Source: Candidatus Aminicenantes bacterium
GTDB taxonomy: Bacteria; Acidobacteriota; Aminicenantia; Aminicenantales; JAFGBC01
Length of the DNA stretch: 64,000 bases
Direction: 5' to 3'
Assembly: GCA_963702005.1 (NCBI GenBank)
Contig: OY969696.1
Coordinates: 1,184,001 to 1,248,000 of the forward strand
The number at the start of each line of letters is the position of its first letter. The first letter of the stretch is position 1. The notes beneath the pieces were generated by a model that did no database searches, was not told where the DNA came from, and saw only the letters and a program-made list of their open reading frames with translations. The position numbers were made by a program, and so were the translations under genes. Shown here in pieces: positions 39,421 through 47,290 of the stretch.

Positions 39421-40170
39421 TCAGCCTTTGCTTCCCCCGGACTCCGGCGCCCGCGCCATAAGCTTCCGCTCGACCTGGGAGCAGAGACCGAAGATCATGT
39501 TGTATTCCCAATTCGTCAAGCCGGCCCGGCCGGTGACCTGCCTTATGTTGCGGAGAATCTCGGCCTCCAGGTCCCGGTCGCCTCGGGCGGCGTACTCGAG
39601 AAGCCGGATCGTTGATTGGATCTTGCGAAAGAGCAGCCGGAGTTCCGCCTGCGTCACGAACCTCGGATTTTCGCCCGGGGCGGGGAGCCGGCTCAGCTCG
39701 TAGGCCGCGAGGAGGACGCTCTGGGCCAGGTTCAGGGAAGGGGCGGCGGCGTCGGTCGGAATCGTCAGCAGAAACGCGCAGGAGGCGAGCTCGCGGTTCG
39801 TCAATCCGTTGTGCTCGTTTCCGAACAGGATGGCGACTTTATTCCCCGGGGCCGCCCGGACGATCCGCTCCGCCCCGTCCTTGAGGGGAAGGAAGAGGCC
39901 TCGACGGCGGCCGCGCCGCCGCGTCATCCCCACCACGAGGCTCGCGCCGGCGATCGCCTCTTCGAACGTGGCATGGACCGGGGCTCGTTCCAGAATGTCC
40001 TTGGCGCCGCAGGCCATGGCCTTGGCCATGGGGGAGTGGGGATCGGCCGGCTTGACGAGTTCGAGGCGCCGGAAACCCATGTTTTTGAGAGCCCGGGCGG
40101 CGGCCCCGATGTTCCCCGACTCGGTCGGCTCGACCAGGACGAAGGCGATGCGGTCTTTCCAGCCGCTCAT
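39421..40170 (-). CDS. SPOUT RNA methyltransferase, TrmJ/LasT family
   Basis: 'VLVEP..SGNIGAAARA.KNMG', 'LFGNEHNGLTN', 'SLNLAQSV'. Confidence 0.9.
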   Translation of the reverse strand: MSGWKDRIAFVLVEPTESGNIGAAARALKNMGFRRLELVKPADPHSPMAKAMACGAKDILERAPVHATFEEAIAGASLVVGMTRRRGRRRGLFLPLKDGAERIVRAAPGNKVAILFGNEHNGLTNRELASCAFLLTIPTDAAAPSLNLAQSVLLAAYELSRLPAPGENPRFVTQAELRLLFRKIQSTIRLLEYAARGDRDLEAEILRNIRQVTGRAGLTNWEYNMIFGLCSQVERKLMARAPESGGSKG

Positions 40171-40191
40171 GGGCGTCCGGTCTTCGATCCT

Positions 40192-41061
40192 CTATCCGAA
40201 CACGATACCGGCGTAGCCGACGAAGCTGGCGTTCGGAGACACGTCGAAGCTCGTGTAATAATCCAGGACCTCCCCCCGAGTCGCGCCCAGAAGCTTGGCG
40301 AGATGGACGGCCGTCGAGGCCGCGCCCATGCAGCAAGCGTTGTGATGGCGGAGGGCTTCCTCGCGGACTCCGGTCGCGTCCAGGGCCGTCATGAAGTCGA
40401 CGGCCTTTTTATCGTTGACGTCCTTGACCCAGCGCACGGCGTCCGGGCCGAGGCCCTTGGGAGCCATCCCGTAGTTGGGGCCGTAATGGGTCAGGTCTGT
40501 CGACCCGATGACGATGAGATTGCGGCCTAGAGCCCGGGCCGCTTTGATAATCGCTTCGGCGATCGCGAACGAGACATCCTCGGGCGGGGCTCCGATCCCG
40601 ACGACCTTGGCGCCGGGGAGGTAGTGTTTGATGAAGGGCATTTGGAGCTCGATCGTGTTGTCGTGGTCGTGGTCCTCCGGCGTCTCTTCGATGAAGCGGA
40701 ATGCGGCGAGGAGGGGAGCGGCCAGCTCGGCGTCCACGGGGAGGTTGCCCAGCGGCGTCTCCCACTCGCCCGCGGCCATGATATTCGGCTTCATGCCCGG
40801 CCCCAGATGGCCGCCGAAGAGGACGACGGTGTCCGGACGGGATCGCTCGGAGAGAGCCTGAATGACGTTTGCGGCCAGGCGGCCCGAATAGCTCCAGCCG
40901 GCGTGGGGGACGATGCCTCCGACGAGGTCGTCCCGAAGGATTCGAGGCCGGGCCGAGGACGCCTCGAACGCCTTGATCGCCCTCAGAATCCCGGTCTTGT
41001 CTCCGGGATACCACGACCCCGCGAAATCCGGCCTTCTGGCTTTGCTCGTCTTGACTTTCAT
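40192..41061 (-). CDS. amrB: MEMO1 family protein (AmmeMemoRadiSam system protein B)
   Basis: 'AGSWYP', 'PHAGWSYSG', 'WETPLG', 'STDLTHYG', 'NACC', 'VGYAG'; start inferred at MKVKTSK after GGAGG. Confidence 0.88.
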   Translation of the reverse strand: MKVKTSKARRPDFAGSWYPGDKTGILRAIKAFEASSARPRILRDDLVGGIVPHAGWSYSGRLAANVIQALSERSRPDTVVLFGGHLGPGMKPNIMAAGEWETPLGNLPVDAELAAPLLAAFRFIEETPEDHDHDNTIELQMPFIKHYLPGAKVVGIGAPPEDVSFAIAEAIIKAARALGRNLIVIGSTDLTHYGPNYGMAPKGLGPDAVRWVKDVNDKKAVDFMTALDATGVREEALRHHNACCMGAASTAVHLAKLLGATRGEVLDYYTSFDVSPNASFVGYAGIVFG

Positions 41062-41136
41062 GTGAACAGCCCCTCCGTATCCGTCTTCATTGTAGGTACC
41101 GGCCCGAGCCTCGTCAACCTCATTCCCCGCGGACAA

Positions 41137-41218
41137 TAATTCTGGGGGCCACGACTTATCTCTATCTTTCCATTTTAGAGGTGAAGCAAAAAAAGATAAG
41201 TCGTGTGTCCCCAGAATT
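41137..41218. repeat. REP-like family A copy 4
   Basis: AATTCTGGGGGCCACGACTTATCT ... AGATAAGTCGTGTGTCCCCAGAATT. Confidence 0.8.
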
Positions 41219-41323
41219 TGACTTAGAATGGCGGCATCCGGCCAGGTCTTGCCCTTCGAGATCCTGGGCTCCGCGACGGCCGGCGGGGGAGTCTAGGGCA
41301 CGATCAGTATCTCAGTCCTTAAT

Positions 41324-41452
41324 CCCCTCGCGGGATTCCACGGACGTAAGTCCGTGGAGGGATAGCGAATCCCCGCTTCGGGGACAGGCGCTCCAACGCC
41401 TGCAATGGGCGGATCCCACAGAAGTAAATCCGTGGAGCTTCAGTCGCGAGGG
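41324..41452. repeat. Multi-hairpin element (family C), single copy in the window
   Basis: Outer CCCTCGCG/CGCGAGGG stem enclosing TCCACGGACGTAAGTCCGTGGA, TCCCCGCTTCGGGGA, CAGGCG..CGCCTG and CCACAGAAGTAAATCCGTGG hairpins. Confidence 0.55.
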
Positions 41453-41454
41453 AG

Positions 41455-42495
41455 CTATGCTGGGCTCGGCCGCCCGCCGAGATGGCGCTCCGACCGCAAA
41501 TAAGAGACGGCTTCGAACGAGACAAAGACGGCTGCCGTCGCCGCGGCGGATAGAAAAGGCGGATCGTCGACGGCAATCCGGACAAGGAGGAGGAGGGGAA
41601 GCAGCCGAAGGACGGCCTGGGTCAGGACGAGATATTCCCAGGGCAACTCGCGGATCAAGGGCGAGGCTATAGGGGACCGGCGGCGGCGCCTGATAGTGAG
41701 GGCCGTCGCGGAGATGAACGCGCCGATAAGGCCCAGGCTTGCGGCTCGCCATCCGCGGCCGAGAGCCATCCACGTATAGATGAAGACGGCCGAGAGCGCA
41801 AGGGAAGCGAACCCGGCCGCGATCCTTAGGGTCCGCCTTGCCCGCGCGAGTCCCATCCTGATGGCGTAGGTTCGCGTCCCGCTCCGGAGGTCTTCATCGA
41901 AGCCGGAAACTTGATGAAAATGGAGGTTCGTCCATTTGTCGAGGAAAACGGCCGGGGCCGCGATGAGCAGGACTGCTCCGGTCGAACCTAGCCAAGCCCA
42001 GGGGACGAGGATATAGCCGAGAACGCAGGAAAGGCCATAGACGGCGAATCCCCATAATCCCCGTTCCTTGAACCGCAGCGGCCGGAGAGAATAGGCGAAG
42101 CCCGCCGCCGAAGCGGCCAGCACGGACCATGTCGCGCCCCTGGGCGCTTTTAACAGGACAGGCACCGCGAGTCCCAGGCCGGCCCAGAAGACGATGAGCA
42201 GGATCCCCGCCGCCCCCGGCAGCCGGTTGACCCATCGGATTCTCCCCACGGCGCTGTCGTAAGGCCGGTCCGCGATATCGTTGGCGAGGATGACTGCCAA
42301 AAGCCAGAAGGCGGCGGCGCCGGTGATTCCGAAGAACGAGACGATCGAACTTCGGGGCGACTCCGATGAATGCAGGGTCAGAATCAAGGCCAGGGGAAGC
42401 CAGAGGCCGTTGAGCTTGGTCAATCCCCGGTTGCCGAGGACGGCTTCGTCGATGATGTGCTTCCAGAGGGGGCCCGGCGCCGCCGCGTTCATCAT
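41455..42495 (-). CDS. UbiA family prenyltransferase
   Basis: Multi-TM; first Asp-rich motif NDIADRPYD; 'YSLRPLRFKERG'; second motif HQVSGFDED..SGTRT. Confidence 0.8.
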   Translation of the reverse strand: MMNAAAPGPLWKHIIDEAVLGNRGLTKLNGLWLPLALILTLHSSESPRSSIVSFFGITGAAAFWLLAVILANDIADRPYDSAVGRIRWVNRLPGAAGILLIVFWAGLGLAVPVLLKAPRGATWSVLAASAAGFAYSLRPLRFKERGLWGFAVYGLSCVLGYILVPWAWLGSTGAVLLIAAPAVFLDKWTNLHFHQVSGFDEDLRSGTRTYAIRMGLARARRTLRIAAGFASLALSAVFIYTWMALGRGWRAASLGLIGAFISATALTIRRRRRSPIASPLIRELPWEYLVLTQAVLRLLPLLLLVRIAVDDPPFLSAAATAAVFVSFEAVSYLRSERHLGGRPSPA

Positions 42496-43601
42496 ATCCG
42501 CGGGTTGTCCGCGTCCCGGCGCGCCAAGGCCTTACGGACCGGACAAGATGTGTCCAGCCCGTCGATCTTGCCGCTCAAGGACAGAGCGGCCGCCCGGCAG
42601 CCGCCCCCGCAGGCGGCGAGGTTCGGGCAGTCGAGACAGATCCCGTGTTCGCAGGGATTCCTGAACAGGCGGCAGACGGCCGCGTCCCGGAAGACGGCCT
42701 CCAGGTCATCGGTCCGGACGTTCCCGAGGCGGGCCTCGGCGACGTCCATACAAACGCAGGGCGAGAGCGTTCCATCCGGGTTGATGGTCAGCCGATCGCG
42801 GCCCGCCCGGCAGCCGCGGTGCAGGAAGCGGACGACCGGCTCCCAGCGGCGGACTGCGGGATGGTAGGAAGCCCAGGGGATGTAGGTCTCGATGAGCCAA
42901 TGTTCGGGGAGATTGCTGAAGTGATTGAAGACGGGGTCGAGCCGCTCCAACAGGTCGTCGTCCTGGGGATAAGCCTCTCCCACCCTCCGCAAATGGACCG
43001 GGAGATGGACGGTCACGGTCGGCCATCCCTCGCTCGAAGCCAGGTCCAGGAGGTTCGGAAGGCCGGGGAGCGTCGCCGGCGTCAGGCGGACAGCGACGGT
43101 CGTATGGAAGCCGTGAGCCTGGATCTTGGCCAGATTGGCTCTGGCGGTCTTCGCCGCTTCGGCCGATGTCCTGTGGACTTTGGCATAGAGGATCGGGTCG
43201 GTCGTCTCCAGACTCACCTGAAAGGATTTGACGAGGGTTTCGTCCTTGAGCCGGGCCACGGCCGTGTCGTTAAGAAGGGTCCCGTTGGTGGCGATCCGGA
43301 CGGCGATGTTGTGGCGGGCCATCCGCGCCAGGATTTCGATCAAGTCGGGCCGCAGGAACGGCTCTCCCCCCGAGATGAGGACGTCCCGGACGCCGGACCG
43401 CCCGATCTTATCCGCCACGTCGAGGGCTTCCGCGGCCGAAAGCTCGTCGTCTCCGCGCCGTCCCGCGTCCGTAAAGCAGGTCGGGCAGCCGAAGTTGCAG
43501 GCATAGGTCACGTTCCAGAAGAGCGTTTTGAGAGGGGAGGGCTCCATCCAGGCGCGTTCGCCGGTGTGCCCCGGCCTGATTTTCAATTTAACGTCCAGCA
43601 T
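42492..43601 (-). CDS. Radical SAM protein with a full SPASM domain
   Basis: CNFGCPTC, SGGEP, TNG; 'GCRAG...INPDG.LSPC' and 'CLDC...CGGGCRA...C'. Confidence 0.92.
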   Translation of the reverse strand: MLDVKLKIRPGHTGERAWMEPSPLKTLFWNVTYACNFGCPTCFTDAGRRGDDELSAAEALDVADKIGRSGVRDVLISGGEPFLRPDLIEILARMARHNIAVRIATNGTLLNDTAVARLKDETLVKSFQVSLETTDPILYAKVHRTSAEAAKTARANLAKIQAHGFHTTVAVRLTPATLPGLPNLLDLASSEGWPTVTVHLPVHLRRVGEAYPQDDDLLERLDPVFNHFSNLPEHWLIETYIPWASYHPAVRRWEPVVRFLHRGCRAGRDRLTINPDGTLSPCVCMDVAEARLGNVRTDDLEAVFRDAAVCRLFRNPCEHGICLDCPNLAACGGGCRAAALSLSGKIDGLDTSCPVRKALARRDADNPRI

Positions 43602-43620
43602 ATCCTTGTCTTTATCCTAT

Positions 43621-44529
43621 TCAACGAAAAGGGTCCGAACCTTCGCAAGGGACTCCGCACTGGCAGAGAGCGCAGCCGAGAGGGTATCGCCAGGCTTTGC
43701 GGCCGTTCACGGATTGAAGCGTGGGGAGGAGGCGGGCGCGGTCCGGGCCGGAGGATAACGATTTTTCCTGAACGGCCTTTCTCATCTCGTTGCATTTTAC
43801 CTTATTGAGGCCGGTTTCCGAAATAGCCCCGACCGGGCAGCGCTCGACGCACCGGCCGCAGAGCCCGGCATCCTCCAGACAAGGCGCCCGATGACAGGCC
43901 CGGAGCGAGGGAGTCGCCGCTTCGAGCGGCAAATTCGTGATCAGGCTTCCCAGGCGGACATGGATGCCGAGCCGGGTGATGAGGGCTCCGCTCAGCCCAA
44001 ACCGGCCCAAGCCGGCCGCGTAGGCCGCATGGCGCTCGGACCAAGTCGAGCCGTAGACATGATTCGGTACGCGGAAGGTGTCATAATCTTCGGCCAAGGC
44101 CGGCGAGACGGCCGCGAAGCCGAGGCGCTCAATCGCTTGGGCCAGTCGCCGCCCCAGTTCGACGGTCAAGACGCCGCCGCGGTTGCGGGCCAGGGAGTAA
44201 AGCGGGGACGGCCAGTCGCCCGCCCGGTTCGAGCGCCGGACTTCATCCGTGTAAGGGAAGGCCCAGGTCACGACGCGGACGTGCGAAAGGTCGCTTCCGC
44301 TCGGAGCCTGGCGTTCAAGAAACGCGCGCGGCCGAAGGTGCCGGGGGCTCACGGCCGCGAGGAACAATTCAAACAGGGGATCGTCGCCGTCGGCGACTCC
44401 CAGGCCGGGCGAATCGAAAATGGGCCGGTCCTCGGCGTCCGGAAGGCGGTTTTCGGGAGCTTCGAGGAGGAGGCGGCCGAAGGTCCGCTCCAGCCAGTCC
44501 GCGTGTCCGGTCGTGCCAGCGGCGTTCAT
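43621..44529 (-). CDS. Epoxyqueuosine-reductase-like (QueG/reductive dehalogenase fold) 4Fe-4S protein
   Basis: 'WSERHAAYAAGLGRFGLS', 'RLGSLIT', 'CGRCVERCP', 'CALCQCGVPC'. Confidence 0.85.
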   Translation of the reverse strand: MNAAGTTGHADWLERTFGRLLLEAPENRLPDAEDRPIFDSPGLGVADGDDPLFELFLAAVSPRHLRPRAFLERQAPSGSDLSHVRVVTWAFPYTDEVRRSNRAGDWPSPLYSLARNRGGVLTVELGRRLAQAIERLGFAAVSPALAEDYDTFRVPNHVYGSTWSERHAAYAAGLGRFGLSGALITRLGIHVRLGSLITNLPLEAATPSLRACHRAPCLEDAGLCGRCVERCPVGAISETGLNKVKCNEMRKAVQEKSLSSGPDRARLLPTLQSVNGRKAWRYPLGCALCQCGVPCEGSDPFR

Positions 44530-44534
44530 CCGTT

Positions 44535-45635
44535 TTACGATTTGCTTAAGCCGTCCGCGATGCCGGAAACGGTACGGCGGAACTCTTCCCTGCGCTCGAC
44601 GTCGTTCATGGGGCAGGCTCCGCGAAGGACGAGGTTCGTCCCCTTCGCGAAACGGTTCCAGATGAGTTCGATCGGCCTATCGCGCAGGTTCCCGATGGCG
44701 AAGGGGACGAAGGGACAGGGCGTGACGTCTCCCTGGGCGCCGATCGAGACGATGATCTTCCTGAAGGCGTCGCAGTTTTGCCGGGCCGAGGCCGATTCCA
44801 GGTGAAAAAAGGCCAGGTCCTGTTTTCGTCTCAACGCTTCCATATCGGAGGCGTCGAGGATCTGTTCGTGAGCGGACGCCCAACGACCCAAGGCAACCGC
44901 CGGAAGAACCAGAAAGCCGCGGGCCCTATGGGCTTTGGCCAGGGCGATCGTTTGATCCAGTCCGGAGGCCATCAGGCGCTTGGAAACAAAGGCGTTGACG
45001 ATCGTATAGATTCCCGCCTCCCGGAGGATGTCCAGGGCTTCCAGGGCTTTACGGTGCGCGCCGGGCAGTCCGCGCATCCCGTCATGGACGGCCGGGTCGG
45101 CGTCGTCGAGCGATACGGCGCAGCGGTTGAGTCCCGCTCTTTTCAGGCCCAGGGCGGCCGGCCGATCGATGAACCAGCCGTTGGTGTTGAGCTGCGTCTG
45201 ATATCCTTTTCGGTGCGCGTAGCGGATGATCTCGGGAAGGTCCGTCCGGAGCAGGGGCTCGCCGCCCGTGAAGATGGCTTGGTAGACGCCCATCCGGCGA
45301 GCCTGGTCGAGGACCGACAGGACCTCTGCCGTTGACAGCTCGGGACGGCCTGGCCTCTCATTTCCATACCGGTGGCAGTGGGCGCAGCGGCAAACGCAGC
45401 GATCGGTCAGGGAGATGCTGATGAAGAAAGGGACGGCCCTGCCCAGGACGTATCTTCTGAAGAAGTGCTCGAAATACCTGCCGGCCGTCCGGAAGGACCA
45501 GTTCGAAGCGAGCGACCCGACGAGCCGGATAAGGATGTTAGCGGCGGCCGTAAGCTCAACGATTCGGTCCCTGACGCGGTTCGTCTCCGGATCATGCGGC
45601 CGGGAGGTCCGATCTCTGAGCGCGGCCGCTTTCAT
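44535..45635 (-). CDS. Radical SAM protein with a Twitch/SPASM-like C-terminus (paralog B)
   Basis: CVCRCAHC, TGGEP, NTNG; 'C...GDVTPCPFVP..GN...CPM'. Confidence 0.9.
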   Translation of the reverse strand: MKAAALRDRTSRPHDPETNRVRDRIVELTAAANILIRLVGSLASNWSFRTAGRYFEHFFRRYVLGRAVPFFISISLTDRCVCRCAHCHRYGNERPGRPELSTAEVLSVLDQARRMGVYQAIFTGGEPLLRTDLPEIIRYAHRKGYQTQLNTNGWFIDRPAALGLKRAGLNRCAVSLDDADPAVHDGMRGLPGAHRKALEALDILREAGIYTIVNAFVSKRLMASGLDQTIALAKAHRARGFLVLPAVALGRWASAHEQILDASDMEALRRKQDLAFFHLESASARQNCDAFRKIIVSIGAQGDVTPCPFVPFAIGNLRDRPIELIWNRFAKGTNLVLRGACPMNDVERREEFRRTVSGIADGLSKS

Positions 45636-46666
45636 CGGTCCGGACTCCCCGCCGCGGCATCAATGAAGGCTTTAAGCGCCTCCCGGTTCGCCACGTTATT
45701 CATCGCGCAGTCCCCTTTAAAGCGGAGCTTCAAGCCCGCGGCGAACGGGCGCCAGAATTCCTTTAAGGGTCGGCTGCGGACGTTTCCGATGACGTAGGGG
45801 ACGAAGGGACAGGGCGTCAGATCACCGTAGGGCGAGACGTTCATGACCGAGCGCGCGGACACGCGGCACAGGGAGCGCCGGGTGGCAAGCTCGACATGGA
45901 CGTACCTCACGTCGGCGAGCTCGCGCACGCGGGCTTTTTCCTCCTCGGTCAGCAGCTCGTTGAAGGCGCAGATCCAGGCGCCCGAAGCCGTGGGGAAGAA
46001 AAAGTAGATGTAAAAAACCCCCAGCTCCCTCCCCAGCGAGATGAGCCTCCTGAGTCCCTCCGGGATATTCTCCCGAGAAGCATAAGTCATGAGCTGGACC
46101 AGGATGCCCCGGCGCTGGAGGTTGCGGATGCCCTCCAGGGCCGTGTCGAAGGCTCCGGGAAGGCCGCGCAACCGGTCGTGGATCTCGGCGTCGGGTGAGT
46201 CGATCGAGACGCCCGCTTGGGTGAGACCGGCCTTTTTCAACAGGGCCACGAGCTCGGGCGTGAAGAGAAGGCCGTTTGTGTTGATCCGGCTGATGAGCCC
46301 GCGGCGATGGGCATGGCCGACGAGCTCGACGATATCCTTTCTCATCAAGGGCTCGCCGCCGGCAAAGACGACATAGATGGCCCCCAGCCGGCGGGCCTGG
46401 TCGATGAGCGATTTGACCTCCTCCGCCGTCAGCTCGGCCCGGTCGTCGCGGACGGCCTGGCGCTGACAGCAGTGGACGCAGCGGCACTGGCAGCGGTGGG
46501 TCAGGGACAGGACGAGGTAGGTGGGGACGGTCCGGTCGAAGGCTTTGCGAACAAGGTGAAGGGCGAGGACGCCCCAGGCCTTCAAGGACCGGTTGTGTCC
46601 ATAAACTCGCAAGGCCCGGTAGAGTCCGTTGAGGGCTTCGCTGATCCTTCGAGATAGGGCGGTCAC
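45632..46666 (-). CDS. Radical SAM protein with a Twitch/SPASM-like C-terminus (paralog A)
   Basis: CQCRCVHC, AGGEP, NTNG; 'C...GDLTPCPFVP..GN...CAM'; colinear with paralog B. Confidence 0.9.
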   Translation of the reverse strand: MTALSRRISEALNGLYRALRVYGHNRSLKAWGVLALHLVRKAFDRTVPTYLVLSLTHRCQCRCVHCCQRQAVRDDRAELTAEEVKSLIDQARRLGAIYVVFAGGEPLMRKDIVELVGHAHRRGLISRINTNGLLFTPELVALLKKAGLTQAGVSIDSPDAEIHDRLRGLPGAFDTALEGIRNLQRRGILVQLMTYASRENIPEGLRRLISLGRELGVFYIYFFFPTASGAWICAFNELLTEEEKARVRELADVRYVHVELATRRSLCRVSARSVMNVSPYGDLTPCPFVPYVIGNVRSRPLKEFWRPFAAGLKLRFKGDCAMNNVANREALKAFIDAAAGSPDR

Positions 46667-46669
46667 GGC

Positions 46670-47233
46670 TCAGGTCGCGGGAAAGAGCTTGACGTATTCC
46701 TGGAAGGCCGCTAAAAACCAGGGGGTCCAGGCGCCGGGCGCTGAAGCCGCCTCCGCCGCGAGATCCTTCATCCCCAGAAACCGAACCTGGGAGATTTCCC
46801 GTTCGTTAGGCCGGACATCCTCGGTCTTAATGCCCCGGGCGGCGAAGACGTCGCAGACTTCATTTTCGGAGCCGGCATCCCCGAACGAAGCGTGATAACG
46901 GAAGGTGAAGAGAGGATCGACCTCGCGGCCGCGGACGCCGAGCTCCTCCAGAATCCTGTTGCGGGCCCGGCCGGGCCGATCTTGGCCGGGCCGGTAGTGG
47001 CTGGCCAGCGTCCCGTCCCAGTGCTCGGGCCAGAGCGTCTTGCGGCCGCTCCTTCGGGCCAGCACAAGCTCCTTTCGCTCGTTGAAGACCATGACCAGGA
47101 AGGCCGCGTGGAGGATGCCCGTCCCGCTGTGACAGGCCTCTTTATCCTCTTCGCCCAGGGAGCGCCCTTGGGCGTCGCAGATGAGAATTCGTTCGGGTTT
47201 CTCCATACGTTTAGGAACCTTGGCCGGATCCAT
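46670..47233 (-). CDS. idi: Type I isopentenyl-diphosphate delta-isomerase (Nudix fold)
   Basis: 'CH...GILH.AF.V.VFN', 'RRS..K.LWP..WDGTLASH', 'EELG', 'F.Y.A....SENEVC', 'TPW'; GAGGAG RBS before ATG 47233. Confidence 0.85.
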   Translation of the reverse strand: MDPAKVPKRMEKPERILICDAQGRSLGEEDKEACHSGTGILHAAFLVMVFNERKELVLARRSGRKTLWPEHWDGTLASHYRPGQDRPGRARNRILEELGVRGREVDPLFTFRYHASFGDAGSENEVCDVFAARGIKTEDVRPNEREISQVRFLGMKDLAAEAASAPGAWTPWFLAAFQEYVKLFPAT

Positions 47234-47251
47234 TCCCACTCCTCTACCGCG

Positions 47252-47280
47252 CTTATACCATAGGCCGGGACCGGAGTCAA
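47252..47280 (-). promoter_or_regulatory. Sigma70-type promoter of the idi-radical SAM-UbiA operon
   Basis: Minus strand TTGACT-17 nt-TATAAG with an extended TG, just upstream of the idi RBS. Confidence 0.7.
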
Positions 47281-47290
47281 AAAATTCGGG

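Noticed and set aside
41181-41773. ORFs 41181-41672 and 41312-41773
   Set aside because: They run through palindromic repeats and overlap the UbiA 3' end; the translations are low-complexity.
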